NCBI GenBank assembly: GCA_044226625.1
Contig: JBGAGQ010000011.1
Span: 57,736 to 121,735, forward strand
Length of the DNA: 64,000 nucleotides
DNA from: Thermoanaerobaculia bacterium
GTDB lineage: Bacteria; Acidobacteriota; Thermoanaerobaculia; Multivoradales; UBA5704
Direction of reading: 5' to 3'
Positions 55,085 through 64,000 of this stretch are shown piece by piece. How positions within the stretch are numbered: the stretch's first letter is position 1; every line of letters starts with the position of its first letter. A model generated the notes under the pieces. The model made no database searches and had not been told where the DNA came from. It saw only the letters and a list, made by a program, of their open reading frames with translations. The translations under genes were made by a program, and so were the position numbers.

Positions 55085-56062
55085 ATGCGTTCCCCTGTGA
55101 GGATCCCTTCGGCGGCCCTTGGAGCCGCGCTCTCGCTCGTTCTTTCGCTTGCTCTCGGCTGCACTACGAAGACCCCGGAAGCTCCCTCCGAGAACGCGGC
55201 AGAGAAAACCTCCGTCGCCTCTCGAACCGACGACCTCTGGGGGGTCTACCGCGACACGTTCGAGAAGGCGAAGTACGTCGACCTGACGCACACGATCGCG
55301 CCGGGGATTCCGGTCTGGTGGGGCTTCGGGCCTTCGAAGTTCGGTCCGGCGATCAATCCGAAGACGGGGAAGGCCTACACCTACGGGAGCGACGGCTTCG
55401 AGGCCACGCGCTACGAGCTTTCGACCGATCAGCTCGGCACGCAGCTCGACCCGCCCGCCCATTGGGACCCGAACTATCCGGCGATCGACGAGATTCCGGC
55501 CACTTTCGCGGTGCGGCCGCTCGTGGTGATCTCGATCGTCGCCCAGGTCGAGAAGAAGCCGGACTACCCCCTGCAGGTCGCCGACGTCCAAGCCTGGGAG
55601 GCTCGGAACGGCCGCATTCCGGCGGGGTCGGTCGTCTTCGTCCGCTCCGATTGGTCGAAGCGTTGGAACCAGCCGGGGCTCGCCGCCGAGACTCGCTTCC
55701 CCGGGGTTTCGCTCGACGCCTTGAAATTCTTGCACCTCGAACGCCACATCCTCTTCCATGGCCACGAGCCGTTGGACACCGACACCACTCCGACGCTCGA
55801 GGGGGAGTCGTGGCTCATGCACCACGGCTACGCCCAGGCCGAAGGGGTCGCGAACCTCGATCAGGTGCCGGAGGCGGGAGCGCTCGTCGCGATCGGCTAC
55901 GCTAAATTCCAGGGAGGAACCGGCGGATACGCGCGCTACGTCGCGATCTGCCCTCCGAGCTGGCCGCACGGCGTGACGATCGATCAGGCGCCGGGTGCGC
56001 CGTTGCCGCGGAGCGAGAAACCGCTCCACTGGGATGAGCGGCTGGGCGTGAAAACCCGCTGA
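55085..56062 (+). CDS. Cyclase family (kynurenine formamidase-like) lipoprotein
   Basis: LALGC lipobox; VDLTH, GTQLDPPAHW, FVRSDWSKRW, GHEPLDTD, EGVANL. Confidence 0.88.
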   Translation: MRSPVRIPSAALGAALSLVLSLALGCTTKTPEAPSENAAEKTSVASRTDDLWGVYRDTFEKAKYVDLTHTIAPGIPVWWGFGPSKFGPAINPKTGKAYTYGSDGFEATRYELSTDQLGTQLDPPAHWDPNYPAIDEIPATFAVRPLVVISIVAQVEKKPDYPLQVADVQAWEARNGRIPAGSVVFVRSDWSKRWNQPGLAAETRFPGVSLDALKFLHLERHILFHGHEPLDTDTTPTLEGESWLMHHGYAQAEGVANLDQVPEAGALVAIGYAKFQGGTGGYARYVAICPPSWPHGVTIDQAPGAPLPRSEKPLHWDERLGVKTR

Positions 56063-56066
56063 GACC

Positions 56067-56471
56067 TCAGGTCTCGCTCGAGCCTTTCTCCTCGTCCTCG
56101 TCCAGATGGAACCGGTGGAGCAGCCGATGGGCGAGCGGGGCGAACCCGATGCCCGCGCCGGTGATGAAGGCCACCCCTGAAAAGATCGCGTAGGCCGAGG
56201 CGAATAGCTTCGCGGCCGGGCATTCCGGTTTGTCGACCGGGCCCATGCCGGTGAGGATCATCGAGGCGTTCAACAGCGCGTCGAGCCACCCCAGGTCCTG
56301 GAAATAGCGGTAGCCGAGAACGCCGATTCCGAGGCAGGCCCCGATCAGGAGCACTGCGACGCCCACGTGGTGCAGCATGCGGGGGATGAACTGCGCGACC
56401 GGCAGCAGCTTCTCGCCCCGGCGTTCATACCGGAGGAGACGGCGGGATGCGCGAGGCTTCCGGCGGTCCAT
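56067..56471 (-). CDS. Small 2-TM membrane protein with a K-channel-like pore segment
   Basis: TM-GY...WLDALLNASMILTGMGP-TM (KLFASAYAIFSG). Confidence 0.7.
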   Translation of the reverse strand: MDRRKPRASRRLLRYERRGEKLLPVAQFIPRMLHHVGVAVLLIGACLGIGVLGYRYFQDLGWLDALLNASMILTGMGPVDKPECPAAKLFASAYAIFSGVAFITGAGIGFAPLAHRLLHRFHLDEDEEKGSSET

Positions 56472-56536
56472 GCCAGAACGCTAACCGGACCGCCGCGGTG
56501 CGTCAATCAAGCGTCGCGGTGTATCCTTCCGGCCCT

Positions 56537-59038
56537 ATGGACAGGACCCAGGCCATTCTCGACCAGCATCACGAATCGACCGCGGCCGGCGTGTTGGACG
56601 CCTTCCGCCGCTACGGATATCTCGCCGCCGACCTCGATCCCATGGGACGCCTCCTGCCGGAGGCCGAGCCGCTCGCGAGCCTTTCGGCCGGCGACGCCGG
56701 TTCCCCGGAAATGGAGGCGGCACGACGCTGGTATTGCGGCTCGATCGGCCTCGAGTTCATGCACATTATCGATCCGGAGCGGCGGCGTTTCCTCGCCGAA
56801 CGGATGGAGCGCGAGGCGCCGGTCCCCGACCGTCGCCGGCTGCTCGAGCTCCTGGTGCGAGGAGAGACCTTCGAGCAGGTGATCCAGCAGCGCTACCTCG
56901 GGAGCAAGCGCTTCTCGATCGAAGGCGTCACCTCCCTCCTCCCGATGCTCGACGGGCTGCTCGAGACGGCGGCCGACCTCGCCACCGAGCAAGCGGTGCT
57001 CGCGATGCCGCACCGCGGCCGGCTGAGCGTGATGGCGATCACCGTCGGCCGGCCCGCGGCCGAGCTGTTCGCGGGCTTCGAGGACGTCGATCCCAAGAGC
57101 ATCCTGGGAAGCGGCGACGTCAAGTACCACATGGGGGCGACGGGAGAGCACGTCGGCAAGAACGGCCACTCCGTTCGCCTGCATCTGGTCTCGAACCCGA
57201 GCCACCTCGAAGCGGTCGATCCGGTCGCGATGGGTCGCGCTCGCGCGAAGCTGGACCGGATCCAGGATCCCACCGGCCGCAAGGTCCTGAGCATCGTGAT
57301 GCACGGCGACGCCGCTTTCGGTGGACAAGGGGTGCTCGCCGAGACGCTCAACATGACCGAGCTCGCCGCCTATCGGGTGGGGGGCACGATCCACGTCGTG
57401 GTCAACAACCTGATCGGCTTTACCACCGAGCCGATCAGCCTCCAGTCCTCGCGGTTCGCGACCGACGTCGCGAAGCGCCTGCCGATCCCGATCTTCCACG
57501 TCAACGCCGAGGACCCCGACGCCGTCGCGCGGGTCGCGCGGATGGCGTGCGAGTACCGCTACGCGTTCGCGAGCGACGTGGTGATCGATCTGATCGGCTA
57601 CCGCCGGCACGGCCATTCCGAGGTCGACGATCCGACGATCACCCAGCCGCTCCTCTACAAGAAGATCGCCGCGTTCGCTCCGACGTGGAGGAACTACGCG
57701 CGACGCCTCGCCGCGACGGCCGGGCTTCCCGAGGCGGAAGCCGAAGCGATGGCCGCCGCCTACAAAGCCGAGCTGTTCGAGGCGCAGAAACAGGCCGAGG
57801 AGCTCGAGAAGAAGCCGACCCTCCGCACGATGCCCTCCTACTGGAGCGCCTTTGCGGGCGGGGGCTACCGGCCCGAATACGATGTTCCGACCGCCATGTC
57901 GGCCGATCGGTTGGGCGCGCTCGCCGAGGGCCTCACCCGGGCGCCCGAGGGATTCCACGTCCACGACAAGATCAAGAAGCTCCTCGAGCAGCGGCTGGAG
58001 ATGGGGCGCGGCACGCGGCCGATCGATTACGGCATGGGCGAGGCGCTCGCCTTCGCCTCGCTGGTGACGGCGGGCGTGCCGGTCCGCCTCTCCGGCCAGG
58101 ACTGCCGGCGCGGCACGTTCAACCAGCGCCACTCCGTCCTGATCGACGTCGAAAACGGCCGCGACCACATGCCGCTCCAACACCTGGAGCCCGGGCAGGC
58201 GCGCTTCGAGGTCTACGACTCGCTCCTGTCGGAAGCCGCGGTGCTCGGTTTCGAATACGGCTACAGCCGGGACTTTCCCGAGGCGCTGGTGATGTGGGAG
58301 GCCCAGTTCGGCGATTTCGCCAACGGCGCCCAGATCATCCTCGACCAGTTCGTGACCGCGGGAGAGGACAAGTGGGGCCTCCTGTCGGGCCTGACGATCC
58401 TGCTTCCCCACGGCTACGAAGGCCAGGGGCCGGAGCACTCGAGCGCGCGCATCGAGCGCTTCCTCCAGCTCGCGGCGGAGGACAACATCCAGGTCTGCCA
58501 GCCTTCGACCGCCGGCCAGTACTTCCACCTGCTGCGCCGCCAGGCGCTCCGCAAGTGGCGCAAGCCCCTCATCGTCTTCACCCCGAAGAGCATGCTGCGC
58601 CACAAGGATTCCTCGTCGGCGCTCACCGAGCTCACCGACGGGGCGTTCCAGAACGTCGTGCCCGACCGGCAGGTGAAGAACGCGCGCCGAATCCTGCTCG
58701 CGAGCGGCAAGATCGGCCACGAGCTGCTGCGCGAGCGGGAGCGGCGGGGGGATACGCAGACCGCGGTGGTGTTCGTCGACCAGCTCTATCCGTTCCCGAC
58801 GCGCGAGCTCGAGGCGATCTTCGCCGCGCACCCGGAAGCGCGCGACGTCGTCTGGGTCCAGGAGGAGCCCGCCAACATGGGCGCTCTCTTCTTCGCCCAG
58901 CCGCGCATCGAGCGCCTGCTGCGCCGGCCGATCCGCTCGGTCAAGCGCTCGGCGTCCGGAAGCCCCGCGACCGGCTCGGCGACCGCGCACACCCTGGAGC
59001 AGAAGACGCTGATCACGATGGCCTTCGGCATCGGTTAG
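56537..59038 (+). CDS. sucA: 2-oxoglutarate dehydrogenase E1 component
   Basis: KRFSIEG, MPHRGRL, GDVKYH, NPSHLEAV, HGDAAF, WEAQFGDFANGAQ, PHGYEGQGPEHSSAR. Confidence 0.96.
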   Translation: MDRTQAILDQHHESTAAGVLDAFRRYGYLAADLDPMGRLLPEAEPLASLSAGDAGSPEMEAARRWYCGSIGLEFMHIIDPERRRFLAERMEREAPVPDRRRLLELLVRGETFEQVIQQRYLGSKRFSIEGVTSLLPMLDGLLETAADLATEQAVLAMPHRGRLSVMAITVGRPAAELFAGFEDVDPKSILGSGDVKYHMGATGEHVGKNGHSVRLHLVSNPSHLEAVDPVAMGRARAKLDRIQDPTGRKVLSIVMHGDAAFGGQGVLAETLNMTELAAYRVGGTIHVVVNNLIGFTTEPISLQSSRFATDVAKRLPIPIFHVNAEDPDAVARVARMACEYRYAFASDVVIDLIGYRRHGHSEVDDPTITQPLLYKKIAAFAPTWRNYARRLAATAGLPEAEAEAMAAAYKAELFEAQKQAEELEKKPTLRTMPSYWSAFAGGGYRPEYDVPTAMSADRLGALAEGLTRAPEGFHVHDKIKKLLEQRLEMGRGTRPIDYGMGEALAFASLVTAGVPVRLSGQDCRRGTFNQRHSVLIDVENGRDHMPLQHLEPGQARFEVYDSLLSEAAVLGFEYGYSRDFPEALVMWEAQFGDFANGAQIILDQFVTAGEDKWGLLSGLTILLPHGYEGQGPEHSSARIERFLQLAAEDNIQVCQPSTAGQYFHLLRRQALRKWRKPLIVFTPKSMLRHKDSSSALTELTDGAFQNVVPDRQVKNARRILLASGKIGHELLRERERRGDTQTAVVFVDQLYPFPTRELEAIFAAHPEARDVVWVQEEPANMGALFFAQPRIERLLRRPIRSVKRSASGSPATGSATAHTLEQKTLITMAFGIG

Positions 59039-59136
59039 CGGAAAGACCGGGAGAGCGGGCGGCCGGTTCGCCTCCTTCGAGCGAATCGACGGCCGGCAAC
59101 GCCGCGGAATCTCCGTGGCACAATGGGTTGGCCGCC

Positions 59137-60459
59137 ATGCCGTTTTCCTCCTTCGACACCGCCGCCGTCGCCCGATCGCTCGCCCAGCTCGCAGGAACCG
59201 GCGAGGAGTGGGTCGACGCCTTCTTCGAGCGGATCGAGGAGATCGAGCTCCCCCCCGACGGCGAGGGCCCGGGGTTTTCGATCCGCCGGGAGGAGGGATT
59301 CGCGGTGCGGCTGGTGCGCGAGCGCCGCTCGTTTCTCGCCTCGCGCGACGGCATCGACGGCCGGTCGTTCTCCGAGGCACTTCGCCAGGTCGCCCGCGCG
59401 CTCCCCGCGGCGAGCGTGCCCGAGCCCGACCTGCCGCTCGGCCCCTGGCCCGGCGCCCCTGGACCTCCTGAGGCGCCCGAGGTGGTCGATTTCACCGGCT
59501 TGCTCGAGCGCGCGATCCGCGCACACCACACGGCGTTTCCACTTCGCTTGACCGTCCGCCGGCATCGCCGTTGGCTCCAGGTGGCGACCCCGCGCCTCGT
59601 CCCCGCGCTCGAATCCGAGAGCTACTACTCGCTGAACGCGGAGATCCCCGGCGGACGCTGGGGTTCGCTCCTGCCCCAGCTCGGGCGCCCGGAGGCGGAA
59701 GAGGTCGGGGCGCGACTGGTCGAGCTGTTCCGGTCGCGCTCGGCGTATCCCTTCTCGGCGCGCACCGGACCGATCCTCCTGGGACCGGCGGCGGTCGCGG
59801 TGCTCCTCCACGAGGCGGTCGCCCACGCGCTCGAGGCGGATCTGCTGGCGCTCTCGGGCAAACCCGACGCGGCGATCGGCGTCGCCCTCGGGGCGCCGAT
59901 CCTTTCGGTGCTCGACGATCCGGGCGCGGCACCCGAGCCGGTCCGCCGGGCGACCGACGACGAGGGGATCCCCGTCTGCCGCCGATGGCTGCTGCGGGAT
60001 GGAAAGGTGGAGCAACCGCTCGCCGACGCCGCCTGGTCGCGGTCGTCCTCGGCACTCGTTCCAGGGGCGGGCCGGCGCGCCGGCCGCCACGACTTGCCGA
60101 TGCCGCGCAGCCACCATCTGGAGCTCCTCGCCGGGACGACCACCGAGCCGGATCTCCTCGCCGGTGCCGAGGGGGGACTCTGGTTCCCCCAGGTCCGCCG
60201 CGGCGCGCTCGATCCGCGAACCGGCGCCTTGGAGCTGCGCTTTCCGTTCGCTCGGCGGATCTACAAAGGCGAGCCGGCCGAGACGCTCGGTCCCTGCGCA
60301 ATCCACGGCCGCCTGGCCGACCTGCTCGGCCGGGTCGTCGCCGTCGGCGACCAACGCCGTCCGGAGGGGGCCGGCTGGTGCGCCAAGGGAGGCCAGAAGC
60401 TGCCCGTGTGGGCGACGGCACCGGCGCTTCTCCTGGACGGGGTCGAGGTGAAGGGATGA
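59137..60459 (+). CDS. tldD: TldD-like metalloprotease
   Basis: LLHEAVAHALEAD (HExxxH), DDEG, C-terminal GWCAKGGQ.LPV. Confidence 0.8.
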   Translation: MPFSSFDTAAVARSLAQLAGTGEEWVDAFFERIEEIELPPDGEGPGFSIRREEGFAVRLVRERRSFLASRDGIDGRSFSEALRQVARALPAASVPEPDLPLGPWPGAPGPPEAPEVVDFTGLLERAIRAHHTAFPLRLTVRRHRRWLQVATPRLVPALESESYYSLNAEIPGGRWGSLLPQLGRPEAEEVGARLVELFRSRSAYPFSARTGPILLGPAAVAVLLHEAVAHALEADLLALSGKPDAAIGVALGAPILSVLDDPGAAPEPVRRATDDEGIPVCRRWLLRDGKVEQPLADAAWSRSSSALVPGAGRRAGRHDLPMPRSHHLELLAGTTTEPDLLAGAEGGLWFPQVRRGALDPRTGALELRFPFARRIYKGEPAETLGPCAIHGRLADLLGRVVAVGDQRRPEGAGWCAKGGQKLPVWATAPALLLDGVEVKG

Positions 60460-61799
60460 GCGAGCGTCCCCGTTCGGGGGTCAGCGCGGAGGCGATCGAG
60501 GCGACGCTCAAGTCGCTTCTCGCCCGCGGTCTGCCCGAGGTGGAGGTGCTCGCGAAACGGGGGCGCTCGCGCCGCTTTTCTTTGGAGGGCGACCGGACCG
60601 CGAGCAGCTATGCCGAAGAGCGCGGCTGGGCAGTGCGGGCAGGCGACCGGCGCGGCTCGCTGTTCGCCTGCGGCACCGGCGATCCGCGACCGGACGGTCC
60701 GTGGCCTCCTGCCTACCCTCCGGCCCTGCGGCTGCCAAGCCCGGAGGCGCCGCCCGCCTGGAAGGAGCCGTCCGATTTCGAAGCGCCGCTGATCGCCGAG
60801 CGCGAGGGGCTCGCGCTGCTCGAAGGGATCGCCCGCGAGCTCGCCGCCGAGCTGCCGGGAGGAAGGGTTCTCGCCGCGACCCTCGGAGACGGCTCGAGCG
60901 AGGGGCGGATCGTGAGCTCCAAGGGGCTGTCCGCCGCTTTCCGCGGCCGGCTCGCCGCGCTCCGGATCGAGGCGATCGGACCGGGGAACCCGCGGCCGGT
61001 CGGGGTCGAGCTCGCCGAGCGCGAGGCGCGCCGATTCAATCCCAAGGCGCTCGCCCGACGGCTCGGCGACCGGCTCGCGGTCGGCGCCTCGCCGGGGCTG
61101 GGCGAAGAGGAGGAACGGCAAGGCGATCTGCTCCTCGCCCCCGCCGTCGCGGCGCGCCTGCTCGCGGGCCTCGCTCCGCTGTTCTTCGGCCCGCGGACGG
61201 AGGGAGAGGTCTCCGCCGTCCTGGGTCACGCCGTCCGGATCGGAAGTGAGGCGCTCACGGTGATCGACGACGGGCGTCTGCCCGGCGGAGCGTTCGAGAG
61301 TCCGATCGACGGCGAAGGAACTCCGACTCGAGAGGTCACGCTCGTCGAGCGGGGCAACTTCCTCGGTCCCCTCCTTTCCCCCGGCCAAGCGCGCACCGCC
61401 GCCGCGGGGATGCGCGTCCAAGTCGCCGGCGTCGCCCGCCGCGCGAGCTTTCGCGACCTGCCCTCGCCCGGACCGACCCACCTCTACGTCCGCCCGGAAC
61501 CGAAGGTCTCGGTAGGCAGCCTGCTCGCCTCGGTCCAGACCGGAACCTATTTAATCGATGCCCTGGGCCCCGCCCGCTTCGATTTCAAAGAGGGCTCGTT
61601 CGCCCTGCCGGTCTGCGGGCTCGCGGTCGAAAAGGGAAAAGCCACCGCTCCGCTCGGCCACGCCTGGCTTTCCGGCGAGATCTCGGACCTCTTGCGCGGC
61701 ATCGTGGGCGTCGGACGGGATCTGGCGTTCCTGCCCCTCGACGGAATGGTTGGGAGCCCGACGTTACTGGTGCGAGGGTTGGGGCTGCGGGGCCGGTAG
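60456..61799 (+). CDS. TldE/PmbA-like protein
   Basis: ATGA overlap with tldD; LTVIDDG...IDGEG.P, GSPTLLV; lacks HExxH. Confidence 0.78.
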   Translation: MSERPRSGVSAEAIEATLKSLLARGLPEVEVLAKRGRSRRFSLEGDRTASSYAEERGWAVRAGDRRGSLFACGTGDPRPDGPWPPAYPPALRLPSPEAPPAWKEPSDFEAPLIAEREGLALLEGIARELAAELPGGRVLAATLGDGSSEGRIVSSKGLSAAFRGRLAALRIEAIGPGNPRPVGVELAEREARRFNPKALARRLGDRLAVGASPGLGEEEERQGDLLLAPAVAARLLAGLAPLFFGPRTEGEVSAVLGHAVRIGSEALTVIDDGRLPGGAFESPIDGEGTPTREVTLVERGNFLGPLLSPGQARTAAAGMRVQVAGVARRASFRDLPSPGPTHLYVRPEPKVSVGSLLASVQTGTYLIDALGPARFDFKEGSFALPVCGLAVEKGKATAPLGHAWLSGEISDLLRGIVGVGRDLAFLPLDGMVGSPTLLVRGLGLRGR

Positions 61800-61969
61800 G
61801 CCGTCCCCGCCGCTACGCTTCGATCGCTGCCTCCCCCAAGGAGCAGGGCGAGGAGCTGGCGACTTCCCGGTGCAGGAACTGACTTCCTAATGCAGGGTGA
61901 CTTCCCAGGTCGTGTCCTACTCAGAGTTGGTGCCGCAGGCCGGCGGGCGGTGGGACGGGGCCGGCGGGG

Positions 61970-62260
61970 CTAACTCCAGACAATCGGCCCGCCGATCGTC
62001 ACATGCATTCGATCTCCCGCTTGCATGGTTCGCCCTTCGGCCGAAATAGGCCCGCTCCCTTTTAAGGGCACGCGGACGGACCTCGTATCCACCCTGGTGA
62101 TTAGCGCTCGACCTTGAAGACGAGGATCTAAATCTGCCAGATTTATGCCACTTTTCTCAGAAAACAGGCGGACGATATCGCCTTGGTCGCCTTCGATCCA
62201 TCCTTCTGAGTAACGGAGCGGTCGGTCGGTGTGCTGCCGACATATCAACTCGATTTTCAT
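61970..62260 (-). CDS. Hypothetical protein (lower GC)
   Basis: GGAGG RBS, 96-aa ORF; no motif recognised. Confidence 0.45.
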   Translation of the reverse strand: MKIELICRQHTDRPLRYSEGWIEGDQGDIVRLFSEKSGINLADLDPRLQGRALITRVDTRSVRVPLKGSGPISAEGRTMQAGDRMHVTIGGPIVWS

Positions 62261-62394
62261 TCCACTTCCTCCCCCGGCGGTCGGATATTACCATCGTCAG
62301 CGCGCTTCATCTTACACTACAATTCACGGGATCGCGACGCCTCGAAGATTTGCACGTCGAGCGTCTGAACCTTCACGTTCGGATGATGCCCCGC

Positions 62395-62540
62395 CGGTTC
62401 CCCGGAAGCGCGAGAACCTCCGGGCCGCGGTCGCCCTGTTCCTAGCGAGCTACAACCTGACTTGGATGCGCTCTTGGCTTCGTTGTACCCCAGCTATGGC
62501 GGCGGGATTGCTCGCAAGCCGTGGTCGGTGCGGGAGCTGT
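62395..62540 (+). mobile_element. IS1-family-like transposase C-terminal remnant
   Basis: RKRENLRAAVALFLASYNL...LRCTPAMAAGL resembles the (S)KK.EN..AAVAL....YN...TPAMAAG tail of IS1-group transposases. Confidence 0.5.
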
Positions 62541-63340
62541 TTACCGCGTAGGGAGACCGAGCCTCTCGAAGAGCGCCCGGTTGCGCTTCTTGGCATTATC
62601 AACCATCTTCGTGTAATCCATTAACTCCCAATAGAATTTGAGTTTGTCGTTGTAGCCATAGAAACCCCGGCCGTCGGGCATCGGCGTCCATCCCGCTGTT
62701 ATGCTTGCAAGCTTCAAGAGCGATGGCGTTAGGTCACAGATGGCATATCCGTAACAAGGGGTGTCGTCTATTTTCAGCCAACGTCCTCTGGGATCCTTCG
62801 CCTTGCCTTCCTTGAGTTGGTCCACGTAATTCTCCATTTGGACCACGGGATTACTGGCGCGCGAGTAATTGTCCCGCTGTGGCTTCTTGAACTCAAGGAT
62901 CACAGCGGAGGAATGTGGATGCTCGTTCGCGAACGCCAGAGATTGTTTGAACAAAAGGATATCCGGACGGGTGCTCTCGCTATTCTCAAGCTGTTCAATT
63001 CGGTCAAGCTCGATATCTGACGCCAGAAAGGCGTGATACTCCAGTCGTTCATCTACTAGCCACAGGTTATGGCTAGCAAAGATAGGATCATCTGACGTGG
63101 CTCTCCGTGGGCATATGATCGCATGCAGAACCTCTTCTAGCTCGAATCGCCCGTCTTCGCGCTGACCCAGGAACCGGTCGAATAAATCTAGGACGATACG
63201 TCGCACGCTCACATACTCCGCAAGCTTCGCTTCCCCCAGCTCCCTATGCTCCTCCACAAACCGTAAATATTCTTCCTTAAAGGCTGGGATATCCTCTATG
63301 CTCCTGATGCGATACGAATTGGCAAGTATTTTTGGCGGCG
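62541..63340 (-). pseudogene. C-terminal fragment of a GHKL/MORC-type ATPase-nuclease protein (PD-(D/E)xK)
   Basis: E..LH.II.P, HNLWLVDERL, RPDIL...ILEFKKP; no N-terminal ATPase; low GC. Confidence 0.6.
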
Positions 63341-63429
63341 GGCGTAACCCGGCTATTTCTTTCCTGTGCGTATTTTCCTCAAACCCGCTTGCGGTCATGG
63401 CGATAGATCAACCCTTTGACTACTGTCTG

Positions 63430-63915
63430 CTTAAGATGGGAAACGGAGGGACCCAGTCCCTCCCGAGATGGAGAGTTGACTCTAAGGGTGTGCGAGCAGA
63501 CAACATCACTGACTGGGCGCTCGATCAGTTCAAGAAGCACTATCAGCCGGGCCGCGGCAAGAAGGAGCGCCCGATCACGAAGGACGCGGTTTTCCATTAC
63601 ACCTACGCCGTCCTCCACGACCCAATCTATCGAGAAAAATACGTTCAGAATCTGAAGCGCGAGCTGCCGCGCATTCCGTTTTACGAAGACTTTTGGCGCT
63701 GGGCCGACTGGGGGCGAAGTCTGATGGATCTCCACATCGGCTATGAGACCGTCGAGCCATTTCCGCTGCGGCGAATCGACGTCCCCGACGAGCGGGCGCA
63801 ACGCGCGGGTCAACCTCCCAAAGCCCTTCTCAAGGCAAACAAGGAAGCCGGGAGCATCACCTGTCGAGCGACACCCGAGACTAGAGCTAAGGCGACACCC
63901 AGTCTTACGACCTGA
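63430..63915 (+). pseudogene. Fragment of a Type ISP restriction-modification enzyme (C-terminal specificity domain)
   Basis: DNITDWAL..F, ITKDAVFHYTYAVLHDP.YREKY..NLKRELPRIP, LMDLHIGYETVEP; truncated at both ends. Confidence 0.75.
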
Positions 63916-64000
63916 TCGAAGACGGGAGTCGAGGCGCCAAGCTTCTCCGCAAGGGGGAGTGACCCATGGCGCCGAAGCTCGGTCCGGAGGCAGTCATGAC

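Noticed and set aside
56734-60459. 1241-aa ORF suggesting a giant TldD fusion
   Set aside because: The upstream part overlaps sucA in another frame and is Arg/Pro junk; TldD starts near 59137.

Overview
A GC-rich bacterial chromosomal segment, probably Acidobacteriota (inferred from an ADOP-type duplicated ABC permease and the gene content). The housekeeping backbone includes rpmE, prmC, murA, rsmI, serS, tkt, gltX, sucA, tldD/tldE, tRNA-Glu(CTC), tRNA-Ser(TGA) and tRNA-Ser(GCT). Accessory content includes two paralogous Tat-exported vanadium haloperoxidases and an orphan Cys-rich RiPP-like precursor. There is also an ImmA/IrrE + DUF4411 pair beside tRNA-Glu, a decayed toxin-antitoxin islet after tRNA-Ser(TGA), an RND pump, and a low-GC patch of defence-gene fragments at the right end. 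The most unusual signal is a non-coding element of about 400-430 bp, present twice (about 11.4-11.8 kb and 38.4-38.8 kb). It has conserved terminal inverted repeats (TCCGAGAAAACGATAGTTTTT) and an internal array of about 10 quasi-palindromic units spaced 21/22 bp apart. All four ends carry an outward-facing TAnnnT (-10-like) hexamer at the same distance from the repeat. All product calls come from motif recognition by eye; no database search was run.
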